From Epiperipatus broadwayi (taxonomy: Eukaryota > Animalia > Onychophora), in assembly GCA_028023455.1 (NCBI GenBank), contig JAQFVV010000005.1, positions 16,926,001-16,990,000 of the forward strand: a stretch of 64,000 nt of DNA, in the 5' to 3' direction. The translations under genes were made by a program, and so were the position numbers. Below are positions 49,231 to 63,187 of this stretch, one piece after another (within the stretch, counting starts at the first letter, position 1; each line of letters starts with the position of its first letter). Under the pieces are notes generated by a model, which saw only the letters and a list, made by a program, of their open reading frames with translations, was not told the DNA's origin and did not search any database.

Positions 49231-52200
49231 TTTAAATTGTAGAATGTAAGGTACCTTAAAAAATTAGTTAAACAATAGTGCACTAGGCTTATTGAGCAAG
49301 GTCCATTGATCTGGATTCACTGATTGTAGGTTTGGACAAGTTGGTTAATGGTTTCTTTATAATTCGTTCTTATGGCAATATAGATAGTTAATGGAGACAC
49401 AGGGAGCACAAACCTGTCCTGGCAAAAAGCTTAGAAAACCATGGTATGAGAAAATATCCTTCTAAGTTAAATAATTGCAGAATCAGCTTTCTTTCAGAAT
49501 ATGCGGAAATCATTCTTCTCTCAGAGTTTTTTGCAGGAATAGTTTGTGCAAGTACCTCTCAAAGTTTGTGCAAGTATCTCCTCGATTAAGCCTTTTATAG
49601 AAGAACCTCTCATATCTGAACCAATTACAAAACTTTCTCTTTTTAATTAAAATTTATAAAAATTTTCATCCAACTAACAATAGCTGTGCAATTAAAGAAA
49701 AGAAATTGCCTTTTACAGATCAAGGGATTAACAAATGAAAAATTCTTTTCTTTCTTTAATTAGTCACTCTTATCAATATAAATCTTAAAACTGAACGGCA
49801 ATTTATTTATACAATTCACCTTTACAAATTTGTGGGGAGGTTTTTCAAAATTAAAAACTAAATATAGCTGTGGGGTTAAAATATAATTCTCACATACATA
49901 CACATATATATTTTACAGTAAAAAAACAACAACTTTTAATCAGATTTTATAAACAAAATCTAACTTATATAAATTTATTTTTATCCCTATAAAACTTCAA
50001 CTTTGTAATGGTGTTTTAAGCATCCATTACAATATTGTAACCTTAGAAAATATATGATGATTCATAAGCTCTAAAATCTTCAGCTTTAGCCTTGCCCCTT
50101 CTCTCTCTACCTCACTCACACACACAGACACACAAACTTCAGTGTGGATGGCCATGTAATCAATGATGATGGGAAAATATATAAGAAATTGCCAAGGCAT
50201 CAAATTGCAACTTTAATAGAAAATCTATTCATTTTATTATTATCTATTAATAACTTATTTAATCATCTACATTAATAACTGATGAATGAGTTAACAAATA
50301 AAATTTTAAATGAATAAACACTGAGAGCAAAATTACTACTAATAATAATCTCGTAATTTATCACTTTTATTGGAGCAGAAGAAAATCTCATCTCAACTCC
50401 TCATTTTACACTATCTCTCTCAGCACACTCCCCCTCCATATGACATTAAAGCTACAATTAAATTTAAGAAAATCTAAACTATTTCCATGTCCATCGTCAT
50501 CCTCATTTTCCATCACTCTACCATGCTTTCATTTATAATTCAATTTTGCGAACATTCGTAATTACTCATTATAAATTTCTTTCTTTATTTTCTTACTAAT
50601 TGTTACTTTGCTAACTCTTCTCTATTGTATAATCTTATCACAGGGCTTCAGAACAGCAAGGTGTGAAAATTAACACTTGGATACAAATTATTAGTGATAC
50701 TTGAATACACTCCCAGAGACGACAATGGCCATCGACCTTGGCTCAGTTTAACCTAGCCAGTCCACTTTCTATCTTTCCAAATAATTAAGATTAAATTTTA
50801 ATTATAGATCTTGTTGGCAAAATACCATGAACACTTTAATAATTTAGAAAATTTGACTAATTCTACTGCATACTATACACTTTAAATTTTATGTTACTAA
50901 ATTAATTTACTTGTATTCCACACACTTGATAATTTAAATTTGCAGTGTTAAAATAATTTTCTCTTCTATCAAATTTGGTAATAAAACTTTTTAAAATAAT
51001 CTCTCAAGTAATTTAACCCAGGTGTAGAGTTATTAACTACATCATAATTAAATTTAAGTAATATTGTATTGGTGTATGATTAGGATTTCCAGAATTTATT
51101 GAATCCACAAAACATTGAGACACAGACAAGATTTTATTTGTAATTACAACATTTTATTAACAATAATAAACTAAAACAAATTTCATATGATACCATCTGA
51201 TTTCTTTCAACTCCACAGACATTTAGTGTGATAAGTGTCTTCTGATTGTTGATAGTAAGGTAAAGGATACTAAGTTTCTGAATTTTGCTCTAAGAATCCG
51301 TGAAGTTGAGTTGTAAGTCATCAATTAAACATTGAATATTTTAATAATTTTTAAGGTTTAATTTGAACAATAAGTGTATACTAAGTTAATATAAATCGTG
51401 TGACTTTTTGATTTATTCTAACATCTTGAGAAGGTTCATTTTGAACAAAAATCGATTTGATGTAAATAAATTTATTATTTATTAATTCAAATATAGTTGT
51501 CTATAATATTTGTTTATATTTTTACACAAAAATATATTTACATTATCTATATAGTTAACCTGTAGCTTTCCCCAGTTCTTCAACAATAAAAAAAAAAACA
51601 ACTAAACATCAGGTATTAATTAATTGGGTAATCATCTGAAATCCAGCATGGCCACTTGGGGCATTGTTTATGTGTCAAAACACATAAAAATGTCATTTAC
51701 TATTGCCAGCCTTATGGCTAATGCAACATTTAATATTGTAATAACCCATTATGGCAGGCTGCTTTACATGACATTGACACAAAAATATTACGGCCCGTTT
51801 TGTGCTTCGAAACTATTTACGTGTATTTTTTCTATTCATAGCTGATTACCATATCGTTTGAGGGTGTTTGAATTTCAAGTTGGTACAACTTTTCAAATCT
51901 CCATAATAGATTAATGTCATTTATATTTAAATAATGTTGTTAATTACTAATAATTGTCATATGGTCCCCACCCTTCCCTAAAAAAATGTTAATATGTAAA
52001 AAATTGGCAAAATGTATGTTCGAACACACACGCTAAGTCACATTTCAGCGTGGAAAATATACGAGACCAATAAAAGGTCTGAGAAGAACATGCAATTTTT
52101 AAACTTTTCAGAATTGCCGAGTACAGAAAGTGTGTGAGATTGTGTCCTTTTTTCAGGCACATAATGTCCACTTTTTATTACAGCAATAAAATAATAAATA

Positions 52201-52264
52201 ATTTTTAAAAGTCCAAAGTTTGTGTCCTTTTTTTTTCATTTCATTAGAAATTGACAAGTATTTG

Positions 52265-53010
52265 GATTATATTTTTTGCAGTGGAGTTAAAATAAATGAC
52301 TATTTTTGTTGACTTTTTGTTAATAATAACAAAGTACGACACACACACCCCCAAAGCAGTTTATTGTAGAAGGCAAAAAAAAAAGGTAATTCAAATGAAA
52401 TATAAATAAAAGTAAAAAGTGAGAAAAAGTTGTTGCAAAAAAAAGTAAATTATTGACTTTTTGTTACAATTCTTTTTCCGAGTGTGGGAGTTTTAAAACA
52501 ATTTTTTATCCCCAAATAAAGACAAAAGTTACTTTTTATTTAATAAGAAGAAAAACAATTTGGTCAACCCCTAAAAAAAAGGTTGAATAAATTCGAAATA
52601 ATACCCAAATAATTGCATTATATTTTTTCATCAGGGTTAAAACAAGTGGGTTCAAATAAATGACTATTTTTGTTTACTTTTTGTTAATAATAACAGTACG
52701 AAAGCCCCCAAAAAGCTGTTTATTGTAGAAGCAAAAAAAAGGCTAATTCAAATGAAATATAAATAAAAGTAAAAAGTGAAAAAAGTTGTTTAAAAAAAAG
52801 TAAAATTATTGACTTTGTTACAATTATTGATCCAAGTGTGGGGGTGGGGATTTCAAAACAATTTTTGAACCCCCAACAACACAAAAGTTACTTTTGATTT
52901 AATAATAAGAAGAAAAACAATTTAGTCAAACAAAAAAAAAAGGTAGAACAAAGTCGAAACAATTCCCAAATAATTATCCCATGATATTTTTTCAGTGGAG
53001 TTAAAACAAG
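52265..53010. repeat. Two diverged ~365-bp tandem units, possibly subterminal in a hAT-like remnant
   Basis: aaataaatgactatttt recurs at ~52290 and ~52654 with colinear homology throughout. Confidence 0.8.
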
Positions 53011-55456
53011 TTTTTTCGTCATGAAACAGTCCAAAGTTTTAAAATTCAAAAAATTAAATTACCAAAATTTGTTGGATAAAGAAAAATATCAGATTAAAAA
53101 AAAAACAACGAAAATGAATATAAAAATTTGTTTAATAAAAAAAAACAAAAAACATGTTCTATAAAAAAAAAAAAAGGTTGCAGGTCCCGGTAACATTATA
53201 TTTGATTGATTTTTGTATAGCATCAACACCCCAAGCATCTGTGCCCAGATTTCAGATGATTACCATTAATTGTTGAAAAAAGACAATATTATTAAATTAA
53301 CAATAAACTGGGGTTTACAGCTACTACGGACTGACTTTTGTTCTGCGATCAGATGACTAAACAATCCTAACTTTAAATAATTCAAGTAACATTTTAATCT
53401 AATAACACTTATTATTAATTTCCTAAATATACTTTTAAACTCTAAATAACATTATTTACTATACAGTTGCTAACATTCCATGAAGAATACTCTTCATGAA
53501 GAAATGAACTAATAATTTATGCCTCAATTAAATCACATAATATGCCTAGGTAACTTATTTTTGAATTTTAAATATTTTACAGCATTTTCCTACCCTAGCA
53601 TGCATTAAATAACTGTTCAAGTGTTAAAAGAATCGGTACACATAGTGATCATAGTCTCACCTACACACACGTAAATCATCTAACAATGTCCCCATGGGAG
53701 TAGCATTTTTGTATTATCAAATAAACATTTTACTTTTCAACTTCAAAATTCAACTTGATAATTATTCTTGGTCTCAACTAGCTATGTAAAGCTAAATCAA
53801 GCACAATGCATCAGTACAACAAATCGCACATTCGAACTCACTTTCACAAAAAAACAGCAGATTGATTCAATGATCCTGATAATACAGTTAATAACTTAAT
53901 ACTCTATTTCTCTAAATAATATACACCCATAAGGAAAAGAATTTAACATCAATATGAGTGTTGGCAAAGACCCATAACCAGAGATATAACACCTTTTTAT
54001 TAGGGCTGAAATATGCTAGGACTATTCGCTAAGCATACAAATATGGATGGGCTTGCACAAGACCCAAGGGCTATCAATAAAGAAATCATCTTATGGTGTA
54101 ACTAAACATGAAGTGGGAAATTCATTCACAACTTTTAACTACTTATAACATTTTAATGACCATTTGGTGAGTAGCTATGCTTCAGCTTCACTGGCTCGGT
54201 GGTAATCATTTAAGCGATCTCGAGCAAACAAGGGTCCTTCACCAATCCACACACACACACATATGAAAATTTAAACCTACTCTCCCCATGAAATATTGTA
54301 CTGATGCATGAGCCAACAATTTCATAAGCTTAAATATGCTTACATTTAACATCATTTTCTATTTTTAACAAGAAGAAACAAGAAATATGCATCATTTACC
54401 TAATCATGTTCTCCCCCCTCCCTCCTGGGACTAGTGTATCTCATTCTATTACGACATACATTCCAAAAGAAAACATAAATTTTATTAACATTGCAATTTT
54501 AAATAATAACCCATTCTTTTATAAAAACATTTTGTACTATAAATATTTTCATTCACATCTTTCATTCATATAATTTAGGATAAAGCAATCATTTTATAGT
54601 TAAAGAAGGCATATTTTAAATTATGATACTAACTCAAACTTAGAATAAATATTGATTAACTTTAAATTCAGGCATATAAGTAACTAGTATTCTAACGCAT
54701 CAGCTAATACAGCTTCAAAAAAATATATAAAATAACAATGAACAAAAGAATAATACTTATTCTCTGATCGATACAGTTCTCCAAAGTCCTTTTGCATCCC
54801 TGCAGTTGCAAAACATCCCTTATAGTTTTGTGTGCACACTTTATTTGAACACTTAATCCATGGAAATTTTAATAAACTATTTCACTCAGTAATCCGTATG
54901 GTTGAGCTATTAAGTTCGAAGTTTATCAATACAGGGCTACTTTTAAACATTAGAAATAATAGTCCAAAGGATATTTATTTATTTTACAGATTCACATTAT
55001 TTGACACAAGCAGGCTGTATAATTTAATAAAGTAATAATTTTTAAATAGCATTTTAATTCCTTTATGCAGTTTAATGTTCCTTAACTGAGAGTTTATTCA
55101 ATATTATAATGGAATACGTAATCAACTTTCTCTTAATTTTTCTTTCCAGACAAGTAAGTCGGTTCACTATAGCTAAGGTTGGTGAAGTCCAATAATTCTT
55201 GTATATTTTTACAAGAATTATAGCACTATATTCCTTAAATTTTTTCATAAGTAGGTAGTATATCAATTTGATCAATAATATATTTTTGTCTAAGTATTAA
55301 TTATTTAATTTTTCATTAACAACTCATCTTTTCAAGTCATCAAAGATCCAGGAAATATTTTGGCGGGATTTAACATATACCACATTTGCATTATAATTCA
55401 GTTCCATATTTTTCATTGACAGTGATAAATTTCTTAAATTTTCTATAGTACAAATA

Positions 55457-57053
55457 TATAAGTAAGCATTTATTTTATAGCGTCTGCATATAATTGTAAT
55501 TTACATTTATATCGGCCATTCAAACCAATTGTGCAAACGCTTTGCGAGTGTTAAATAATAAATGAATGCCTTCTGATCAATACAAGATATAGAATTTATG
55601 CAGAATAAAAAGGATCCTCTTATTCCTACGACTCAAATATTTATATATGAGCAAATCTGAAGTACTTGCACAGAAGGCGTGACGATAGAACGGTCACTTT
55701 TAAATCACCATATACAAAGTCTGAACGAATGACGCGATGAAATTTCCTAGAATTTACTAAACGTCATTCCAACTGAAACTTAATCATATATATAAGTAAG
55801 CATTTATTTTTATAGCGTCTGCATATATTTGTAATTTACATTCATATCGGCCATTCAAACCAATTGTGCAAACGCTTTGCGATTGTTAAATAATAAATGA
55901 ATGCCTTCTGATCAATACAAGATATAGAATTTATGCAGGAATAAAAAGGATCCTCTTATTCCTATGACTCAAATATTTATATATGAGCAAATCTGAAGTA
56001 CTTGCACAGAAGGCGTGACGATAGAACGGTCACTTTTAAATCACCATATACAAAGTCTGAACGAATGACGCGATGAAATTTCCTAGAATTTACTAAACGT
56101 CATTCCAACTGAAACTTAATCATATATATAAGTAAGCATTTATTTTTATAGCGTCTGCATATAATTGTAATTTACATTCATATCGGCCATTCAAACCAAT
56201 TGTGCAAACGCTTTGCAAGTACTTCAGATTTGCTCATATATAAATATTTGAGTCGTAGGAATAAGAGGATCCTTTTTATTCCTGCATAAATTCTATATCT
56301 TGTATTGATCAGAAGGCATTCATTTATTATTTAACACTCGCAAAGCGTTTGCACAATTGGTTTGAATGGCCGATATGAATGTAAATTACAATTATATGCA
56401 GACGCTATAAAAATAAATGCTTACTTATATATATGATTAAGTTTCAGTTGGAATGACGTTTAGTAAATTCTAGGAAATTTCATCGCGTCATTCGTTCAGA
56501 CATTGTATATGGTGATTTAAAAGTGACCGTTCTATCATCACGCCTTCTGTGCAAGTACTTCAGATTTGCTCATATATAAATATTTGAGTCGTAGGAATAA
56601 GAGGATCCTTTTTATTCCTGCATAAATTCTATATCTTGTATTGATCAGAAGGCATTCATTTATTATTTAACACTCGCAAAGCGTTTGCACAATTGGTTTG
56701 AATGGCCGATATGAATGTAAATTACAATTATATGCAGACGCTATAAAAATAAATGCTTACTTATATATATGATTAAGTTTCAGTTGGAATGATGTTTAGT
56801 AAATTCTAGGAAATTTCATCGCGTCATTCGTTCAGACTTTGTATATGGTGATTTAAAAGTGACCGTTCTATCGTCACGCCTTCTGTGCAAGTACTTCAGA
56901 TTTGCTCATATATAAATATTTGAGTCGTAGGAATAAGAGGATCCTTTTTATTCCTGCATAAATTCTATATCTTATATTGATCAGAAGGCATTCATTTATT
57001 ATTTAACACTCGCAAAGCGTTTGCACAATTGGTTTGAATGGCCGATATGAATG
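55457..57053. mobile_element. 335-nt-unit family: ~2.3 forward plus ~2.5 inverted units
   Basis: taagtaag at 55459, 55793 and 56129; inversion at 56214-56216 via TGC microhomology; 13-bp TSD TATAGTACAAATA at 55444-55456 and 57054-57066; units nearly identical. Confidence 0.95.
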
Positions 57054-57399
57054 TATAGTACAAATAGTTATAGCCATTCATTCTTAAAAGTGAAGGTTTG
57101 AAATAAAAATTTCATAAAACTTATCACTTCCTTAATTTTTCCAGGGTAAAATTTTAGCTGCGCTCAATATTGCATTACTCTCTGATTGTTTAAGGTGATT
57201 AAGATTGTATAGGAAATCACAATGATGGTCAACTTCAGGGAAAAGCAATATATGCCTGATAGAAAGTTTACTCACAAATCATATTTTACAATAAATTTTA
57301 ATTAAATTTTCCATTCAGAAATTGATCCAGGACAACAATAAAAACTTAACATTTAAAATTTGAAAGTGATAATTTAAATCTGAATGAGTTCTCCCTAAA

Positions 57400-59180
57400 T
57401 GCAAAAATGATGATCAAGCCCCTTCTTAAAGGGTGGTTAATTTATTACCTGCTATATCCCCCCCACCCTCAATCTCTGAGTGACACTTCTTGTCAATTAA
57501 ATTATATTAAATTTTTAATTGGTGGTTTATTATTTTATAAATTATCTATTCACACTTTTACAGACATCACATGGTTTTGTTGAATTTTCCCGCTTGTGAA
57601 AAACCCCTTGAAAAACTAAAAATGGCCAAGTCATCCACCTGGGATTTATATTTTGGTAAGATCATTCCTGGACAATTTGCGGCAAAGCCTCAGAACTTCT
57701 TAGGCTTCCCTATATTTGAATTCACCTCTGCCATGAGATCTGTCCAAAATAAGCTATTTCAATGTACACAGATCACATCCTCCCTATCCAAAGTTTACAT
57801 ATCCATGTTGGCCGCCAAGTCCTCCCTTATCAATATGCTAATATTCCCCAGAATATCCTATTTTACCCCAGTGGTCAATTTCACCAAAGTCTTCATCAGG
57901 AAGATACACAAGATGTGCACTGATCTGATTAGAAGAGGCAGAAGTGCAACCATCAGCTTGAGAAGCCTGCAGAAACACACAAAGCTCAATGGGTTATCCC
58001 TACATTCCATACATTTATATTTCAGTGTTCCTAAAACTCTGTCTACAGAATGTGCCTAGAGTATCCTGACTCCTTGCCATTTAAGGAGATCTCTCCCACA
58101 GACAAGCCTACCCCTGTTAACACTGGTTCACTGGCAACCCTCACATCTCTTATCTCCAAATTTACTACTCTTCCTAACAAGCCAACCTCAATGAAAATCA
58201 ATTTCTGGAAAGCATACTACATCCTTAATCCTGATGTTTCTGCAGGATCAACTCTCCACTGGCTTAACAACCATCTGCTAATCAATAAATTTAAGCTATG
58301 GTTTCTTGAAACCCAAATTCTTTAACTTCCTGTTGAAGATAAACCTCAATGCATTGCCTACTAAACATTTTATTGTACACTGCCAAGGATTCTCAAACAT
58401 AGATTCCACTTGTACCCTATGTCTCACAGAAGAGGAAACTTCTCTTCACCTCCTCTGCCACTGTGTTTTCCTTCAACCCTACAAAGCCCTTATAGCCTCC
58501 ATACTAAATGACAAAAAGCTCCTTATCTACTCTCATTGACAATATCCTGTGTGGATCCATCCCAGAGATATGCTCATCAACATTCTTGTTTTCATTATGG
58601 TACACCCGGTGCTGGCTTACCTTTAATCATGCACTGGAGTGTCCACTTGATTTATACATTGACAAAATGGAAAAATTTGGAAAAGGGGCCAGAATTTGGC
58701 CTCCTCTTACATCTATGATGCCACATGGAAGCTAATTGATTTACCTCCCTAAGGCAGATCCCTTTCATACCTGAATACATATCTCCTATCATGGAAATGA
58801 TTAGTATTATTTTAATTTAAAAACAAACAAATAGAAAGTACCTATTGTTAAATAAGAAATGAGACTTTTCCTATAGTAAAGAAATATATTGTTACTTTGA
58901 ATTTAAAATAAACAAAATTTGATTAAAACAAAAAAAAAACTTTTACATAAATAAATCTACAACTACAGATTACTCATGTAACCAAAGCAGCCTAAGCTAT
59001 GTAAAACTATGTAACTAATCCACAGTATGTAAAAATTCCTGTAATGTGGTGTAAAATAAAATCAATTTTTATATATGTAAACCTACAACTACGGATTGCC
59101 CATGTAAACTCAGCAATCCAAGCTATGTAATCTCTTGTAACCTTTAAGACAAATAAAGCTTATCATTATAAAAAAAACTA
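57400..59180 (+). mobile_element. L1/Tx1-clade LINE 3' fragment (late RT, zf-RVT, tail)
   Basis: FLGFP...LINMLIFPRISY...KLNGLSL; KFFNFLLKINLNALPT...CTLCLTEEETSLHLLCHC; AATAAA and A-run near 59150-59178. Confidence 0.75.
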
Positions 59181-62100
59181 AAATGAAAGTTTTTAACAAA
59201 ATAATAATACATAACAGATCAACTTTGACCTCAAGATTTTGAATGAGAATTGGCTGCCACGAACATAAAATTAAAACAAAGTAATAGCTATCTCAACAAG
59301 ATTTCCACCAATACCGCGGTACGACCCCTAATGATAACTGATTATTTTCATAAATTAAAAATTTTCTCATATATTCTATCCATGTACGTTTAAACACATA
59401 TATATGATTCTGACAGTTTTTTAATACTTTTATTTATTCTTGATCTCTTATACAATTTTCCTTCAATAAATATTTAAATTTTTATAGTGAAATTTTACTT
59501 TTCCCATGAAATATTTTCATCAGACACTTTCTTATTACATAGACAGGATATTTATTTTATCCATGTCTACTCCCGACCATTTTGAATCTTTTAAATATTT
59601 ATTAATTGATGTTATAACTAAAACAATTCTTGTTTTAAGCATTTACGAATGAATTATGCTTGTGTACCAATTAATTAATGAAAATCAATTTAAACTTTTA
59701 TTCTGTTTTAAAACTAGCACTCTCTAAATAACTTTTATAATATAATTAATGCATTTTATGAGGAAATTTTTTGATATATAGTTATTAATCCAATCAGCTT
59801 AAAACTAATGGAGCTTTAGTCAAAACCAAAGGCTAGAATATATATCTGGCATGTCCATATGACAGGCACACTACCCAGCACTTGAAATATACCCAAGCTA
59901 ACCCATATCTTGATCAGGTGAACCATCACAATATTAACTAACAATGGAAATATTTCTACTCTTAAACACCTTGTGACACAGTTAAGAGTATAGACCAAAT
60001 AACCTTTAAATAATTTTTATTCACACACACATATAATCAATAAATATAATAATACAATTAAACACAGAAACTAAATAAGTACACAATAATTCTTAGTAAC
60101 TCAACATCACTAACTGTCCTTTATAGTTCATTTCCTCTAAGAATGTCTAGACATTTATTTACAATTGAAAAGTTATATATACTTAGATTTTTCATTATAG
60201 CAAGATGACACATTTCAATTTTGGTTTTGACTTTCTTGATGGCTGGCCTTTTGAACTCCAGTGATGGTTATGGGTTTCCTACCATTTTCTGATGGATAAT
60301 GGGAGAGTAGGCAGCAGCATCAATTATCTCAGGTGAGAGAAGTTGGTAGAGCCAAGGACTTGGGCATAAAGCCCAGATAAACACTCCTAATGCTTTTTAG
60401 CAATGCATGTTGCTACTTCAGCTTTCATGTTTATATTTTCTACAGCAAATAACTGGTTTTCTGCAGATTTCAGTGATAAGTTTTCAGTAGTGATGAATGA
60501 ATCGATGAACTCAGCAACTGATGAACTGAACTGACTCTGAGAAAACTTCTGGAAAACAATCTGGAAACTAACTGGATAACAATGGACAAGCTGCCACTTT
60601 TATACTTAACTCTCTCATTGCTTAATTTTTATCATAAATTTAATTTGGTTTTAAATAATTTGGATTTATCTAATCTTTTTTTTAGATTCATCTATTATCT
60701 TATCAGTCAGGAATCTTTCAACATTTAAGTGCATTCCTGCCAATGAAATAGTTTACAAGATTTCTTTTTTACTAATTAATTATATTGACAATTTTATTCT
60801 AAAATCTTTTACATTCATTTATTTTCTAACATTTACTTTTATTATTATTATTATAAAAAGAAGAGAGTGGGTTTAAATCTTTATCTTATGATTCTCTTTC
60901 CCCATCCATACTTTTAATAAAAGCAATTTATTCTTTAAATATGGTGCAATCTTTCATTTTTATTAATTTCATTTTTTAAAAATCTACTTTTAAACTATTT
61001 TTTTCTTTTCATAATTTTTTTTTAATTATTAACATATGTAATGCAGATATATATATGTGTGATTTCACAACATATATGTTGTGAGTGTTAATATATATAT
61101 ATATAGGTGTATTGTAGGATTTTTATATTATTATTATCTCATGCTATCACTTATTGTAGGATTTTTATATTATCATCATCTTGTGCTATCCCTTATTATT
61201 AACTTTAATACTAATTATTTCAAGACATCAGTTCATACAATTATTAGTTCTTATATCATTTTGTATTTTCTCTCAAGCTATACATTTCCATGCATACAGA
61301 CACATTGTGTGTACCAGTAAAAATATGACTCATTAGATCTCCAAACTATCTGAAGTGCGATCTCTCAATCAATGCATGTGTCACATAATGGAAAGTTTTA
61401 GCTATTCACCACAAAAGTTTTAAGACACTAGCATGTCTGGATCACAAGTTACGAGATGAAATGTGGCAGTGTTTCATGCCTTGCAATGTTCTTGCAACTC
61501 ATAACTTCACTTTGAATGGTTTCAGTAGTACAATATTAAATTAATTAGGAAAAATATTATTATTGTGACAAATTAAAATATAGGATATAAACACCAATGT
61601 GCACATACATTCCTATGCACACAATATATATGTTAAATCAAAAATTAATTACATATTGTAAAATTAATTTTATTTTAACAAAAATGAAATATATTTTATA
61701 AACATTAGTGTGTGCCTACAATTCAATATGCACACACATGTACATTAAATTTGTTATTACGTACTATAAAAATTAATGTCACTTATTATTTTGACAATTT
61801 GAAAGTGACAACTAAAAATGTTTATTTTGTAACAAGTCAAAGATGTTCAGAAATTATATGCATACACTTGTATATATGCATATGTATAGCAATGCTTGTC
61901 AAATAGAACATATATGTAAAATTTAATCATTTTTTTTATAATTATTTTATGGCAATTGAAATATATTCATGTAATAGTAAAATGCATGTCTACGTGCCTA
62001 TATGGATCATATATGCAAATCATAATATAATAACTTCAATTGTATATAGTAATTTTGTAAATCACAAATGTGATCATTTTTATATATATTAATCAAAATC

Positions 62101-63187
62101 AGAAGGCTTAATTTATATGTATAGACTTATTCTAGAGATCTTAATTTCATTTTTTATTGTTATTAATAAACTTGTATTCAATTGTTAAAAATTGTATTGC
62201 ATCATCTCTTGGTCACTATAACTGAACTTGAGCTTGTGTTCTTCTGAGCTAGATTTATGCATAATGGTCTGATTATATGAATAGGGATGTAATTTAGTGC
62301 TTTGTGGCATCCAGTAATAATAGATCATCATTCTACTTGGCACATAAGATTATATTCTTTAAAGCCCATGTACTATATTTTATTTTAATTTAGTCTTAGA
62401 AATGAAGTTTATAATTGGCCAGTGCATTATTGGCACTAAATGGCCAGAGAATTAATGATAATCAGCATGTTTTAATATCCCAGCTTTATTGGTCTTATGA
62501 TATAACCTATGGATTAGCTTGTAAGATGGTGCATCCAAATTATGTGTAAATAAATGTCCCAAGATGGTAAAGGTTCAATACTTAGCCTGGTCTACAATAG
62601 ACCCAGTTCAAATCCAGTCACAAGATTTACTGTTAATTTATTTTGATAATCATTCACTGATGATGAATGGCTAGTAATACTTATTATAATGTTGTTTGAT
62701 GAATGGCTAATTATACTTTTGACTACTCTAAGGAGTTAACTGGGCTGATCTCTGAGATTTCATGATCTCATGCTTTTGAACATATAAAATGACATATACT
62801 TTTAATATATCTTATACTTTAATATCATTAATATTTTAAACATTACTTTAATATTACTTTAATACTTTATCCTATATATTGTTCGTAAATTTCAGTAATT
62901 AAAATATTTTCCATCACCCCTGGTTTACTCCTTCTCCCCCATCCCATTACAATATATTAGAGATGTGTTATATTAATAATTCTGTCTCAGCTTGTTATAC
63001 ATATCATAAGTGGGGGGAAGTCCTAGTTCATTAACAATGATATTCACTTAATATGATTAGATTCAAATCCACCACCATTGCAGAACATTATTAGACAATA
63101 TTTATTAACTTTAGTTTTTTCTCCTCATATGAAGTACTTTCAATTGAAAAAAAATTGTGTTTTTATTTAAATGTTGTGTTTCTAGGC

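Noticed and set aside
55457-57053. CRISPR-like or prokaryotic repeat interpretation of the tandem arrays
   Set aside because: Whole units repeat without unique spacers and the context is spliced eukaryotic DNA
476-61906. Most remaining short ORFs in the supplied track
   Set aside because: Low-complexity products of AT-rich DNA or antisense frames of transposon fragments
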